Source of the DNA: a virus
Lineage: Duplodnaviria; Caudoviricetes
DNA: 43,205 nucleotides
Virus record (IMG/VR): IMGVR_UViG_3300037424_000957
Coordinates: 1 to 43,205 of that record
Direction: 5' to 3' (one strand)
Under the pieces are notes generated by a model that had not been told where the DNA came from, searched no databases, and was given only the letters and a program-made list of their open reading frames with translations. The position numbers and the translations under genes are program-made. Every line of letters begins with the position of its first letter. Positions within the stretch are counted from its first letter, which is position 1. Positions 17,001-26,735 of this stretch are shown in pieces.

Positions 17001-17992
17001 TAAAAAATCCAAAAGCAAACCGGACAAGAGCAACTAAATATCTTACAAAAGGGGTTGATCATATTATAATGATAACTGGAAGTCCAATTTTATCGAGACC
17101 CCTGGAGCTATTTGTAGCTCTAAATTTACTTAATCCGCAAATGTTTCCAAACTATTACAGATTCGCTCAGGAATTTTGTGCCCCGGAGCATAACGGATTC
17201 GGATTTCAATATAAAGGTGCAAGTAATGTTGAAAAATTACATGAAATATTAATTTCATCATTCATGATAAGACGGCTTAAAAAAGATGTTATGGAAGATT
17301 TACCGGAAAAACTCTACACTATGATTCCATTTGAATTAGATAATAGAGATGAATACGATAGAGCAGAAAAAGATATTATTGACTATATACACGAAACAGA
17401 AGGCCCAGAAAATGCTCATAAGGCCACAATGGCAGAAACATTAGTAAAATTTGAGAAGTTAAAACAATTATCTGTTAAAGGGAAGATGAGGCAGGTTATT
17501 GAATGGGTTGAAGATTTTCTTGAAACAGATGAAAAATTGATTCTATTCGCTACTCATCATCAGACTATCGATACTCTTATGGATAAGTTTGGAACGGTCG
17601 GGGTAAAATTAGATGGCAGGGATAGTTTAAAACAAAAACAGGAAGCAGTAGATAAATTTCAAAATGATAAAACGATTAAGTTATTTTGCGGCAACATCGA
17701 GGCAGCGGGAATGGGATTAACTTTAACTGCCGCTTCACATGTCGGATTCATAGAGCAAAGTTGGGTCCCGGCTAAAATGGACCAAGCAATTGACCGCGCA
17801 CATAGGATTGGGCAAAAGGCTGATTGTGTTAATGTTTATTATCTTTTAGGATTAAACACAATTGATGAAACAATGGCAGAGATTATAGACCAAAAGAGAA
17901 AGGTTATCACTGCTATTATGGACGGTGGTTCCCCGGACAATGAAAGTTTATTAACATTGTTAATAGATAAATATAAAAATAAGGAGGTATGA
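14078..17992 (+). CDS. SNF2-family helicase with HARP-like N-terminal region, containing two inteins
   Basis: spliced motifs LLADEPG|CGKT and IIADE|CTAIKN, plus ITGSP, RRLKKDV, AAGMGLTLT, QAIDRAHRIGQ. Confidence 0.92.
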   Translation: MENTKEYPQLRHAVRALLVVCDNAKTDDGKGFNKFDASFIRDKYKNIKWTYRDANAIYKVMQKYKGQLSRYGIDYSKIPIPMDDYKQYIVKKTTLKENYIYIEFKAPEGEWKKILGEVKAFPGREFTSEKIWRAPLNAYTVNKLRQMGFELDRGILDWEKENARELPEVKIENTELKPFPYQVEGLKMIERLNGRVLLADEPGCIDGEAIISINRGGITRKYKLKDAYIKFNNLETSKRHNWNKNIITNTRCMKENRIGLNQIKKIIYSGKKECLELKTESKTLRLTPDHKIFTPNGYIEIQKLKLGDAVLINGTNICPICGSDKDIITYPYAKFKGYCKSCMYKELRFNLNQFSHKRTKGNDGYIYLTGSDYHSHPRYSSSGLLEHIYIMEKYLGRYINITEEIHHINGIRDDNRLENLQLCTKSEHKKIHKTENHFKNFIHHSGSEVITVPKEEKIISIIPYGIIDTYDIVMEDPYRNFIANGVIVHNCGKTQQAIAYLKLHPELRPAIIIPPATLKITWLREAEKWGLEGKIKIIKGTQDIIRNEDIFIINYDVLSCYLDALVGINPKIIIADECFPEGTLIDTPTGKKNIKDLKTGDAVYNATGIGIIKDIFIKETQELIKLKLSNKKEIICTPNHPFFTTEGWVYANNCTNKNLLSRSDIFNILDIDSDLRISELKGQDDEEFNLPRMWKRISKKSDKKILLQKMCDYKYQQKRRCQKENFFKINKNISHKDLPRLWERIHNTYNKRFKKQAILRDILFSEMENESTGYNIKNEAKITVRKTFSDYKRYVQKTSRSGFKDFRTYETHGEEKSHVTTRSSTEIKGVLGEIWTPFKKDTTQRRKWQRVPSSTTHSLGSFRRAMENRIYFSNKNKKNRRLSQSLQIRYCKSFIKNMDRSRREQSFRQNYSNKRQEERNIHESIRVESIEIYKQKSNGEPTNCVTGNTRVYNLHISNHPSYYANGFLVHNCTAIKNPKANRTRATKYLTKGVDHIIMITGSPILSRPLELFVALNLLNPQMFPNYYRFAQEFCAPEHNGFGFQYKGASNVEKLHEILISSFMIRRLKKDVMEDLPEKLYTMIPFELDNRDEYDRAEKDIIDYIHETEGPENAHKATMAETLVKFEKLKQLSVKGKMRQVIEWVEDFLETDEKLILFATHHQTIDTLMDKFGTVGVKLDGRDSLKQKQEAVDKFQNDKTIKLFCGNIEAAGMGLTLTAASHVGFIEQSWVPAKMDQAIDRAHRIGQKADCVNVYYLLGLNTIDETMAEIIDQKRKVITAIMDGGSPDNESLLTLLIDKYKNKEV
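14687..15547 (+). mobile_element. intein 1 in helicase Walker A, with in-frame HNH endonuclease (287 aa)
   Basis: CIDG start, LTPDH block B, IHHINGIRDDNRLENL HNH, VIVHN|C end. Confidence 0.92.
15809..16990 (+). mobile_element. intein 2 in helicase DExx box (394 aa)
   Basis: CFPEGT start, CTPNHPF block B, VYNL...FLVHN|C end. Confidence 0.92.
16128..16946 (+). CDS. Zn-finger/NUMOD-like + DUF559/Vsr-like endonuclease nested in the +1 frame of intein 2
   Basis: two CxxC...FC.xxC modules, KNPM, YKLDIA...IEVDGNSH...DKKKE...GWKVLRF; AAAGGA RBS before ATG 16128/16131. Confidence 0.85.
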   Translation: MMKNSICQECGKGFQRKVTRKFCCRKCATININKREDVKKKISLKLTKIFPIKICQGCGKEFIIHTTKDLKNRRFCGTSCSAKWRMSQPDIILKMKQKLPSERRSQIIKDMYKKHPEVALKTSERMKRMGKKNPMLQPEVRQKLKEYWEKYGHPLKKIQPKGGNGREFPLPQRILWVALGEPWKIEYIFPTKTKRIEGYPNHYKLDIANPLLKIWIEVDGNSHLDKTIQIKDKKKEIFMNQLGWKVLRFTNKKVMGSLQIVLQEIQEYITSI

Positions 17993-18174
17993 GTATGATT
18001 GATAATTATAACGAGAAAAAGCAAATTAAAGCAATTACTTTAGAAGAAGCTTATAAACAATACACAGAAAAACATAATGAACGATTTAGTAGAAGACCTA
18101 AATCTAAATCCGATTATAGGAATTTTTCATATTTTATCCTTTCACTAAATATGAAAGGTACTTCAATATTATAG
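17989..18174 (+). CDS. hypothetical protein
   Basis: AGGAGG RBS; ATGA overlap with helicase stop. Confidence 0.7.
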   Translation: MSMIDNYNEKKQIKAITLEEAYKQYTEKHNERFSRRPKSKSDYRNFSYFILSLNMKGTSIL

Positions 18175-18201
18175 AATTAAGGAATCAACAGGGATTAATA
18201 C

Positions 18202-18417
18202 ATGGCTAAATTTAATATAAGTTGGCATCGTAACTCTTTAAAGAATTCTATTGATTATTATAATAAAAGGTTCGAAGACTTACAAAATAGATTAAAACAA
18301 TTATCTGATGATAAACAATGGAATGATTTTTATAAATATCAAATCGAATCTGCTGAAAAAGAAGGAAAAGATAGTTTTGATAAAGAAAGATATAAAGTTA
18401 AAAAATTAAAGGACTAA
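18202..18417 (+). CDS. hypothetical coiled-coil protein
   Basis: ORF track. Confidence 0.7.
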   Translation: MAKFNISWHRNSLKNSIDYYNKRFEDLQNRLKQLSDDKQWNDFYKYQIESAEKEGKDSFDKERYKVKKLKD

Positions 18418-18421
18418 ACAT

Positions 18422-19375
18422 ATGAAACTTGAAGACATAGGATTTTATACATTATCAGATAAAAGAGCAGAAAATGTATCCTGGGAAAGCGATTTGCAAC
18501 GATGTGAATTAATACTAACCGATAGATGCAATTTCAAATGTAAATACTGCCGGGGAATTAAAAAAGAATTGCGTGGAGATATAACATTAGATCAAGCGAA
18601 GCATATTGTAAATCTATGGTCAAAAGCTAATTTGCATAATATTCGTTTTTCTGGTGGGGAGCCTACAATATGGCCAAATTTGATTGAATTAGTAAAATAT
18701 ACTAATGCTAAATGTGGAATAGAACACATTGCTTTATCAACAAACGGAAGCGCTTCTATTGAATATTATGATGAATTGTTTGAAGCCGGGGTAAATGACT
18801 TCTCTATATCGTTGGATGCTTGTTGTTCTTCTACTGCGGATAAAATGGCTGGTACTAATTCATCATTCGATCATATTTCAGAAGTTATAAAGTATTTGTC
18901 TAAAAAAACATATTGCACTGTTGGAGTTGTATTAGATGACAGAAATATAACCGAATTGAAATCCATAATTGATTACGCAACAAACTTAGGAGTTTCAGAT
19001 ATAAGGATAATTCCCTCGGCACAATATAATCAAAAATTAAATATTGATATTGAAACTAAATATCCTATATTAAATTACAGATTAAACAATATTAAGAATG
19101 GCCGCCATGTCCGGGGATTATCTCAAGAAGATTGCCATAAATGTCATTTAGTAAAAGATGATATGGTTATTTTAAGTAATTATCACTTCCCTTGCATTAT
19201 TTATATGAGAGAACAGGGAAACGCAATCGGAAGCATTGACAATAAATCAATTGAACAGATCAGGGCAGAAAGAAAAATCTGGTATCGATATCATGATTCT
19301 TATAGTGATATTGTTTGTAGAAATAATTGTTTGGATGTTTGTTTGTTATATAACAACAAAGTAATGGAGAATTAA
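18422..19375 (+). CDS. radical SAM enzyme
   Basis: CNFKCKYC, FSGGEP, STNGS, SISLD; Cys-rich C-terminus (Twitch/SPASM-like). Confidence 0.9.
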   Translation: MKLEDIGFYTLSDKRAENVSWESDLQRCELILTDRCNFKCKYCRGIKKELRGDITLDQAKHIVNLWSKANLHNIRFSGGEPTIWPNLIELVKYTNAKCGIEHIALSTNGSASIEYYDELFEAGVNDFSISLDACCSSTADKMAGTNSSFDHISEVIKYLSKKTYCTVGVVLDDRNITELKSIIDYATNLGVSDIRIIPSAQYNQKLNIDIETKYPILNYRLNNIKNGRHVRGLSQEDCHKCHLVKDDMVILSNYHFPCIIYMREQGNAIGSIDNKSIEQIRAERKIWYRYHDSYSDIVCRNNCLDVCLLYNNKVMEN

Positions 19376-19376
19376 T

Positions 19377-19562
19377 ATGAATATAAAAGATATACCACAA
19401 CCTTATTCTTACGAAAGAATAAGTTCATTCTGTAGTCTTGTTTATTATGAAGAAACAAAAATAAAAGTGTTTATTCTTGAAATTGACGCAAAGAATACAA
19501 CATTCTTATTAAATGCTGCTTTTAGAGAAGGGTATATAAAACATTCTCTTATAATGGATTAA
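19377..19562 (+). CDS. hypothetical protein
   Basis: ORF track; GGAG RBS. Confidence 0.65.
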   Translation: MNIKDIPQPYSYERISSFCSLVYYEETKIKVFILEIDAKNTTFLLNAAFREGYIKHSLIMD

Positions 19563-19565
19563 ATT

Positions 19566-19838
19566 ATGATTGAAAGATTAAATTCACAATTATTTGATTG
19601 GCTTACATGGCGCAATGGATCTATTTGGAATATATTTAAGGTTGCTCATAGAACAGTTGCATTATTAGAGAATAAAGTATTGTTAAGAAAATATGCAATT
19701 GGATATTGTAGAGCAGATCACATTCCGTGTAGACCGAAGCCAGGGCAATATGCAGTGATGTTTAATACCGGAGAACTATATAATTGGTGGACTCATTTAA
19801 GAAAAATAGAATTTGATGAAATATTTAAAAAGGACTAA
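19566..19838 (+). CDS. hypothetical phage protein
   Basis: ORF track. Confidence 0.7.
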   Translation: MIERLNSQLFDWLTWRNGSIWNIFKVAHRTVALLENKVLLRKYAIGYCRADHIPCRPKPGQYAVMFNTGELYNWWTHLRKIEFDEIFKKD

Positions 19839-19841
19839 TAT

Positions 19842-20084
19842 ATGGAATTAGATCAAACACTTTTAGATCAAATAACTCAATCTATTCTGGACATAGACAA
19901 TGGATATAAAAAATCAAATGAAAATAAAAAAGTATATTTGATAGAAATAAATCCGGAAAGCTACAAAATTCTTAAAAAGGATATTGAAGATATTATCAAT
20001 AAGCCTATGAAGAAATTAGAAAGATTGCTTGATTGTAAAATAGTATTAGTTAAAGATTTAGAAGTTAATTTTAAAATAATTTAA
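19842..20084 (+). CDS. hypothetical protein
   Basis: ORF track; AAGGA RBS. Confidence 0.65.
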   Translation: MELDQTLLDQITQSILDIDNGYKKSNENKKVYLIEINPESYKILKKDIEDIINKPMKKLERLLDCKIVLVKDLEVNFKII

Positions 20085-20283
20085 AGGAGAAAAGAAGATG
20101 ATAGAAACTGAAATTAAATTTATCCATATTCCGGAAAATAATTTTCAATGCTCTTATTGTGGGGAATCAATAATGCATAACGAAACAAAATATTTATTGC
20201 AGAATAATGATGGAACAACTGAAATACGTTATTTGGAATGTTTAGAAAAAAATTTAAAATAATATAAAGGAGGAGAAAAAATT

Positions 20284-21063
20284 ATGGGAAGAGAATTAAA
20301 AAGAGTTCTGTTAAATTTTTCTTGGCCGGAGCATCAAGTTTGGAAAGGATATTTAAATCCGTATTATTCGCAACATTGTAAATCTTGCAACGGATCTGGT
20401 TTAAATTCAGCAACAAATAAACTAAAGGATGAATGGTATTCTTTAGATAAAACAGAATGGACTAATCTAGGTAACGGGAAAAGGTATAACAATTTAGCAT
20501 GGCAATACCATTTAACGGAAATTGAAGTAAAAGCTTTATTAGATGCCGAAAGGTTATGGGATTTTACAAGAATCCCTATTAACGAGGAACAAAGAAAAAT
20601 TGTTCAACAGAAAATAAAAAATGGTGGAAATAGTTGGCTACCATATAATAATGGTTATATTCCTACTCCAGAAGAAGTGAATGAATGGGCAATAAACGGG
20701 TTCGGACATGACAGTTTGAATAGTTGGATATGTGTAAAAGCAAGGGCTAAACATCTAGGGATCTATGGAACATGTAAATATTGTAAAGGAGAGGGTGAGA
20801 TTTGGCAATCAGAAGAAATAAAAAAACTTCATGAGGAATGGAAAGAATTTGAACCACCTGAAGGTGACGGTTATCAATTATGGGAAACTACTACTGAAGG
20901 TAGCCCTATTTCCCCTGTCTTTCCAACATTAAAAGAATTATGTAATTGGTGCGAAAATAACGCGAGTACTTTTGGAAGTAATAAAACTACTTCCGAGAAA
21001 TGGTATGAAATGTTAAATGATGATTTTGTATGCCACAAAGAAAACGGGAATATATTTTTATAA
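20284..21063 (+). CDS. conserved phage protein with split CxxCxGxG zinc finger
   Basis: CKSCNGSG...CKYCKGEG; EPPEGDGYQLWETTTEGSPISPVF; AGGAGG RBS. Confidence 0.85.
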   Translation: MGRELKRVLLNFSWPEHQVWKGYLNPYYSQHCKSCNGSGLNSATNKLKDEWYSLDKTEWTNLGNGKRYNNLAWQYHLTEIEVKALLDAERLWDFTRIPINEEQRKIVQQKIKNGGNSWLPYNNGYIPTPEEVNEWAINGFGHDSLNSWICVKARAKHLGIYGTCKYCKGEGEIWQSEEIKKLHEEWKEFEPPEGDGYQLWETTTEGSPISPVFPTLKELCNWCENNASTFGSNKTTSEKWYEMLNDDFVCHKENGNIFL

Positions 21064-21076
21064 AGGAGAAATAATT

Positions 21077-21238
21077 ATGGACCTAGAAAGAATTAAAAGA
21101 ATCGCTACAGATGCAGTGCAATCAAATACTTTGCAAGCGAAACAAAATGCTATCTGGCAAATATTAGATGAATTTAATATTCATCCTGAAAATGTTACAA
21201 ATGCTGATCCGCCATCTTATTATGAACAGGAGAAATAA
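21077..21238 (+). CDS. hypothetical protein (start moved to MDLERI)
   Basis: AAGGAG RBS. Confidence 0.65.
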   Translation: MDLERIKRIATDAVQSNTLQAKQNAIWQILDEFNIHPENVTNADPPSYYEQEK

Positions 21239-21240
21239 TT

Positions 21241-21498
21241 ATGGGAATGAGAATCTATTTATTAGAACAAAACGATAATAATGGTTATGATACATACGAT
21301 AGCTGTATTGTATGCGCTGAGAATGAAGAAGAAGCTAAGAATATTTGCCCCGATGGAAAACCTTTTAAAGAAACAAAAAATGGAAATTATTTTAATACAT
21401 GGGCTAAAACAAAATCTTCAATCACATGCACAGAAATTGGGAAAGCAAATGTAAAACAAAGATACGGAATAATTTTAGCTTCTTTTAACGCAGGATAA
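21241..21498 (+). CDS. conserved small phage protein (YDTYDS.IV.AE...ILASFNAG)
   Basis: ORF track; AGGAG RBS. Confidence 0.8.
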   Translation: MGMRIYLLEQNDNNGYDTYDSCIVCAENEEEAKNICPDGKPFKETKNGNYFNTWAKTKSSITCTEIGKANVKQRYGIILASFNAG

Positions 21499-21501
21499 TC
21501 T

Positions 21502-22410
21502 ATGCCACCACAATACGATTATATACAACTATTCGAGGATTATAATATCCCTTATGACGCTAAGACAGCAGCAGGACGCAGCATGTTGTTGGTCCCATGC
21601 CCGAACTGCGAAGCCGGGGAGGATACGCATTTTCATGGCTCTATTCATTTAGAAAAGAACTTCTTCTCTTGCTGGAGATGTTCATATATACCTCTTGATG
21701 ATGTTATTTTTGCTTTAACCAAAGAGCAATGGTGGAAGATTAACCGTAAATATAAAAAGAACCCAGATGCAAGGGATATTTATCTTGAAAGAAGGATAGA
21801 AAAACCCAGGAATACACAATGTTTTTTACCAAAAGAAGCAATGGATCTTGGGGAACGACCAAAACAATATTTACGAAAGCGAGGGTTTGATCCAGACTAT
21901 CTTATTAAGAAATATGGGTTGAGGGCAACTGGGACTTCCGGAGCTTATAAATTTCGGATAATAATTCCTATTTATTTTAATAAAAAGCTGATAAGTTACC
22001 AAGGCAGAGATTATAGCGGCGGTAGTGAGCTCAGGTACAAATCCTGTGCTGAGGTTGATGAAGTTATTCATTATAAAGATATTGTCTATAATTACGATGC
22101 TACGGATAAGCGGCATGTGATCGTTACAGAGGGGATTACAGATGTTTGGGCTTTAGGTGATAGAGCTGTCGCCACGTTTGGAGTCGGTTTCACAGATAAA
22201 CAAGTATATTTATTAACAAATTTTAAGAAGGTGTCCGTGCTTTTCGACAGTGAATATTTAGCACAGAAACAAGCAGACAAGCTCGGAAATGCTCTCGCGG
22301 GACTTGGTGTAGAAGTTGAAATTCTATGTTTATCCGAGGAAGGAATAGACCCAGGGCAGTTGTCTATGAAAGAAGGTAAAGATTTAGTAAAAAAAATTAT
22401 AGGAGAATAA
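21502..22410 (+). CDS. DNA primase (Zn finger + TOPRIM)
   Basis: CPNC...CWRC, YQGR, TEGITDV, LFDSE, DPG. Confidence 0.88.
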   Translation: MPPQYDYIQLFEDYNIPYDAKTAAGRSMLLVPCPNCEAGEDTHFHGSIHLEKNFFSCWRCSYIPLDDVIFALTKEQWWKINRKYKKNPDARDIYLERRIEKPRNTQCFLPKEAMDLGERPKQYLRKRGFDPDYLIKKYGLRATGTSGAYKFRIIIPIYFNKKLISYQGRDYSGGSELRYKSCAEVDEVIHYKDIVYNYDATDKRHVIVTEGITDVWALGDRAVATFGVGFTDKQVYLLTNFKKVSVLFDSEYLAQKQADKLGNALAGLGVEVEILCLSEEGIDPGQLSMKEGKDLVKKIIGE

Positions 22411-22412
22411 AG

Positions 22413-22715
22413 ATGAAATGGACAGATAAATTCCCTAAACAAGAAGGCAAATATTGGTTTTATGGAGATCCTCATCTTGGTTCTATGGGTATGCATTATA
22501 AAGATGATTATAAAATAGAACCTGAAATGTATTTATTAGATGTAAAAAAAATATCTAATGGTTTGATAGGTGTTACAGAAGGTCAATTTGTACCAAGCAA
22601 TAAATTTGATAAAACCAAAACAAGAGAAGGATATTTAGGATATTTTGCAAAAGCCGAATTACCAGATATCCCTGAAGATACATTAAATCTATTTGTGGAG
22701 ATATCATGCAAGTAA
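22413..22715 (+). CDS. hypothetical protein
   Basis: ORF track; AGGAG RBS. Confidence 0.7.
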   Translation: MKWTDKFPKQEGKYWFYGDPHLGSMGMHYKDDYKIEPEMYLLDVKKISNGLIGVTEGQFVPSNKFDKTKTREGYLGYFAKAELPDIPEDTLNLFVEISCK

Positions 22716-22972
22716 AAGATATTTTAAATGATTTATATACAAAACGGATGAGTGATCCTTCAATTCAAAAGCTATTTGAAGATAATATTGTTCTCCATTC
22801 TTTTTACAATGTATTGATACATCAGGAACCGGAAACAGAATTAGATTTATTAAGTTTTTTAATTGATATAATAAAAATGAATCAGGTACTCCAGGAAGAA
22901 GTAATGGAATTGTTAAATAATAGGACTAAACCATCTAATATTATCGTTCCGGAAGGGTCTACAATAAATTAA
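22706..22972 (+). CDS. hypothetical protein
   Basis: ORF track; GGAG RBS. Confidence 0.7.
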   Translation: MQVKDILNDLYTKRMSDPSIQKLFEDNIVLHSFYNVLIHQEPETELDLLSFLIDIIKMNQVLQEEVMELLNNRTKPSNIIVPEGSTIN

Positions 22973-22985
22973 AGAGGAGAAAAAT

Positions 22986-24285
22986 ATGGAACTTTCAGTT
23001 CAAGAAAACATCAATTACAGCGCTCAAATAGTACAAATTAAAAATATTATACCATTAGAAAAATGTGATAATATCGTGGGGACATCTATAAATGGTTGCC
23101 ATGTAATTATCTCTAAAGATGTTAAAATAGGTGATATTGGTATTTTCTTCCCGGTAGAAAGTAAATTGTCCCCGGATTATTTAAGAGGAAATAATTTATA
23201 CCGGGATAAAACTTTAAATCTTGATCAAACAAAATCTAGCTTTTTCGAATTAAATGGCAGAATTCGGGCAATTAAACTCCGCGGAAATAAGAGCGAGGGT
23301 TTATTTATGCCGACCAGTAGTTTATATGCAATTCCTAACTTAATTCTTGATGAAGATATAAGAGATTTTATAGGACAATCTTTTGATCACATAAACGGTG
23401 TTAAAGTATGTGAAAAATATACCATACCTATAAGAACTCAGGGGCAGCACAACAAACAAGGTAAAAAAGCAAAAGTTTCTAAAATTGTTCCCGATCAATT
23501 TCGCTTCCACGCAGATACCGAACAATTAGGAAGAAATTTAGACAAATTTGATTTAGATACGCCTATTCAAATCTCAGTAAAGGTCCATGGTACATCAGCA
23601 ATCGCGAGCCATATCCTTTGTAATAAAAAGCTTAACATATTTCAAAAATTATTACTTAAATCCGGACTGAATTTACAAACCACTTACTATGATTATATTC
23701 ACGCATCCCGGAAAGTTATAAAAAATGATGATATAAATAAAACTCAGCATTATTATAACGAGGACATTTGGAAGAAAGGTGCCGACTCCTTAAAAGAATT
23801 TTTAGAAAAAGGCATGACTATTTATTTTGAAATAGTGGGTTATCTTAGTGATAATAGCTTTGTCCAGAAGGGCTATGATTATAATTGTGTACCAGGAAAA
23901 TTTGATATTTAGCGCAGACCAGCTTCAAATGTGGTGTAAACAAAGAGTATTAAAGCCGGTTATTGAATTATACAAAGGAACAATAGAAGAATTATTTGAA
24001 CTCTTTTATGAAGAGAAAAACGAAGATGATTATTGTGTTATTCATGAAGACTGGAGAGAATATTTTATTCAATTTTTACGAGATGAATTTAATATTGAAA
24101 GAGACTGCGATATTTGCAAAAATGCCGTGCCTTACGAGGGAATTGTTATCCGAAAATTAGATACCCTTGACTTTGAAGCTTACAAACTAAAGAGCTTTAA
24201 ATTTTTGCAACGAGAAACTGAAGAACTTGATAAAGGACAAGAAAATATCGAAGATAGTCAGGAGACAAAAAATGAACAAATATAA
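22986..24285 (+). pseudogene. Rnl2/DRB0094-type RNA ligase split by a frameshift at ~23910
   Basis: N-terminal OB-like domain, motif I KVHGTS and III FEIVG in frame 1; motif IV EGIVIR and V AYKLKS in the +1 frame; junction TTTGATATTTAGCGCA. Confidence 0.75.
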
Positions 24286-25531
24286 CTTAAACAAGAATGG
24301 GGTTATTAATAGTCTTGGATATGACAATAAAATAAAAGGTTATATAAGAAAAAATTTAATCTTTTTAACTGTATCCGGATCTCATGCATACGGTACAAAC
24401 ACCCCCACCTCAGATATGGATATAAGAGGTATATTTATTGGGGAGAAAAGAAACATTCTCGGTAATGATCATATAGAACAATTTGAAAATACGACTAATG
24501 ATACAGTTATATATGAACTATCAAAAGCAATAAATCTTATCGCAGAAAATAATCCTAATATGGCAGAATTAATGTTTTGTGATGAAGAAGATATTATTTT
24601 TGCAACAGAAGAATACTGGAATATCAGAAAAGATAATAAAAAATTCTTAGCCTCAATAGCAAGATTTAAATATTCCGGATATGCAATGTCTCAACTTAAA
24701 AGAGTCAAAGGACATTCTAAATGGTTATCAAGAGAATTAGTCGGTGAATTCAAAAACAAACCGGAAATGATTGATTATTGCAGGTTTATAAATTCTGAAA
24801 GTGGTTACACTACAAAAGAAAAATTTGTTATCGAATCAAAAAGTAAAGTGTTTTTTCTTACACACGAAACCAATACAATATTTAAAGTATGGAGAATAGG
24901 GGGTCTACAAAATGGGAAAGGTTGGTTTGATAACGATAATTGCACTTTCTATTTTAAAGAGGATATAAGTTTAAAAGCAGAATTCCAGGGACTATTATTT
25001 TTTGCTAAAGATGAATTTAATCAAGCTTTAGACCAATATAACAAATGGAAGAATTGGAAAGAGAATCGAAATGAAACTCGGCATGAATTAGAAAATAATT
25101 TTAACTATGACACGAAACATGCAATGCATTTAGTAAGGCTCCTCCGAATGGGAAAAGAAATCCTTATCGAAGGGAAAGTTAATATTAAAAGACCTGACGC
25201 CACTGAACTTCTTGACATAAGAAACGGAAAATGGTCTTATGACAAACTTCTTGAATATGCGGAAAATATGGATAAAGTGATATTAGAAAACGCATATAAA
25301 AATACATATTTACCTCATAGTGTCGATAAAGAATTCGTTAATAATATTCTTATAAATACTTATGAATCTTTTTGGAAAAAATCTGACTATCCGGATTATA
25401 CTAAATGTACAGATGAACGAAAAGAGGTCTATTGGAATATATGCAAATGCATCAAAAAGAATGATATAATGATTTGCGGATTAAATAATAAGCCATGCAT
25501 AGCGTGGAAGGAGTATAAGTATGGACAATAG
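24272..25531 (+). CDS. Pol-beta-superfamily nucleotidyltransferase (RlaP/YcgL-like)
   Basis: VSGSHAYGTNTPTSDMDIRG, NNPN, YDTKHAMHLVRLL; GGAG RBS before ATG 24272. Confidence 0.88.
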   Translation: MNKYNLNKNGVINSLGYDNKIKGYIRKNLIFLTVSGSHAYGTNTPTSDMDIRGIFIGEKRNILGNDHIEQFENTTNDTVIYELSKAINLIAENNPNMAELMFCDEEDIIFATEEYWNIRKDNKKFLASIARFKYSGYAMSQLKRVKGHSKWLSRELVGEFKNKPEMIDYCRFINSESGYTTKEKFVIESKSKVFFLTHETNTIFKVWRIGGLQNGKGWFDNDNCTFYFKEDISLKAEFQGLLFFAKDEFNQALDQYNKWKNWKENRNETRHELENNFNYDTKHAMHLVRLLRMGKEILIEGKVNIKRPDATELLDIRNGKWSYDKLLEYAENMDKVILENAYKNTYLPHSVDKEFVNNILINTYESFWKKSDYPDYTKCTDERKEVYWNICKCIKKNDIMICGLNNKPCIAWKEYKYGQ

Positions 25532-26465
25532 AAAAGTTACATTAACAATCGGAATAATTGCATCAGGGAAAAGTACCTGGAGTAAACAATATGTAAAGGA
25601 CCACAAAGATACTTATAGACTATCCCGTGACGATTTAAGATTTACAACAACTAGCTATAACTTCAATAAAACCAATGAAAAGATAGTAGACACTCTTTAC
25701 CGGCAGCAAATTGAGTATCTATTAAAGAACACAACTTTTAATATTATTTTAGATGAGCAAAATCTTAATGTCGAAAGAAGAGAAAAATTCATAGAGTGGA
25801 TATGGTCCGTATCTCCGGGCATAATCATTGAATACAAATATTTTCCTATAACTCTTGACCTGGCTATACAAAGAGATAAGCAAAGAGAATTTAAAATTGG
25901 TGAAAGAGTTATAAGGGATACATGGGAAAAGAATAAAGAACTTTTAGAGCAGATGCTTATAGATTATCCTATAAACAACACATCAGAACCCAAACCGGAA
26001 AGAGATTGCTATGATTTTACTTATGATCCAAATAAAATAAACGCTTTTTGTGTGGATTGTGATGGAACTCTTTCTCATAAACACAAAGATCGCGGGATCT
26101 TTGATTTAACTACCTCTATTAAAGATATTCCTATTATTCCTGTTATAACCATAGTGCAAGCTCTTTATAAGGCAGGATATCCCATAATCATATGTTCCGG
26201 GAGAGAGGAAAAGGATAGACAAGTGACTGAAGAATTCTTTAAGTTACATTCTGTGCTATTTACTGATCTTTTTATGAGGACTACCGGAGATTACAGAAAA
26301 GACTCTATAGTAAAAGAAGAAATTTATAGGAGTAAAATAGAACCTTATTACAATGTAATGGGGTGGATTGATGATAGGATCCAGGTACTTAATCATTTTC
26401 AAACTAAGCTCGGAATTTTCACAGTAGACGTTAGGCAGGACGCAAGAGGGAAAAATAATTTTTAA
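25521..26465 (+). CDS. pseT: polynucleotide 5'-kinase/3'-phosphatase (T4 PseT-like)
   Basis: GIIASGKST P-loop, SRDDLR, HAD DCDGT, SGR, DDR. Confidence 0.88.
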   Translation: MDNRKVTLTIGIIASGKSTWSKQYVKDHKDTYRLSRDDLRFTTTSYNFNKTNEKIVDTLYRQQIEYLLKNTTFNIILDEQNLNVERREKFIEWIWSVSPGIIIEYKYFPITLDLAIQRDKQREFKIGERVIRDTWEKNKELLEQMLIDYPINNTSEPKPERDCYDFTYDPNKINAFCVDCDGTLSHKHKDRGIFDLTTSIKDIPIIPVITIVQALYKAGYPIIICSGREEKDRQVTEEFFKLHSVLFTDLFMRTTGDYRKDSIVKEEIYRSKIEPYYNVMGWIDDRIQVLNHFQTKLGIFTVDVRQDARGKNNF

Positions 26466-26531
26466 TAAAATAAAAAAATATTAAGTTTCTTGTTAAAAAT
26501 TCACGTTATAATGATATAAAAGAAATTTTGC

Positions 26532-26559
26532 TTGACTTACAATGGCTTCATGTTAATAT
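26532..26559 (+). promoter_or_regulatory. sigma70-type promoter
   Basis: TTGACT-16nt-TAATAT with extended -10 TG. Confidence 0.5.
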
Positions 26560-26735
26560 TGGAGTAGAGTGATTAAACTCTTGGTGTAAATTGGTTTTTA
26601 CCAACAAAGGGTGCCCACTTTGAAAAAATCACCCCTTTTTTAAATTTAAAAACTCCGGGCACCCTTTTCCGAAAACAAATCGCATAAGCGATTTTAATAT
26701 AGATTAAAATTTAATACAGGAGGCAAGTTTAAAAG

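Noticed and set aside
3774-23912. Genome-wide stop-codon reassignment explaining the three broken genes
   Set aside because: The breaks involve different events (TAA, TGA, frameshift), and all three stops terminate normal genes elsewhere
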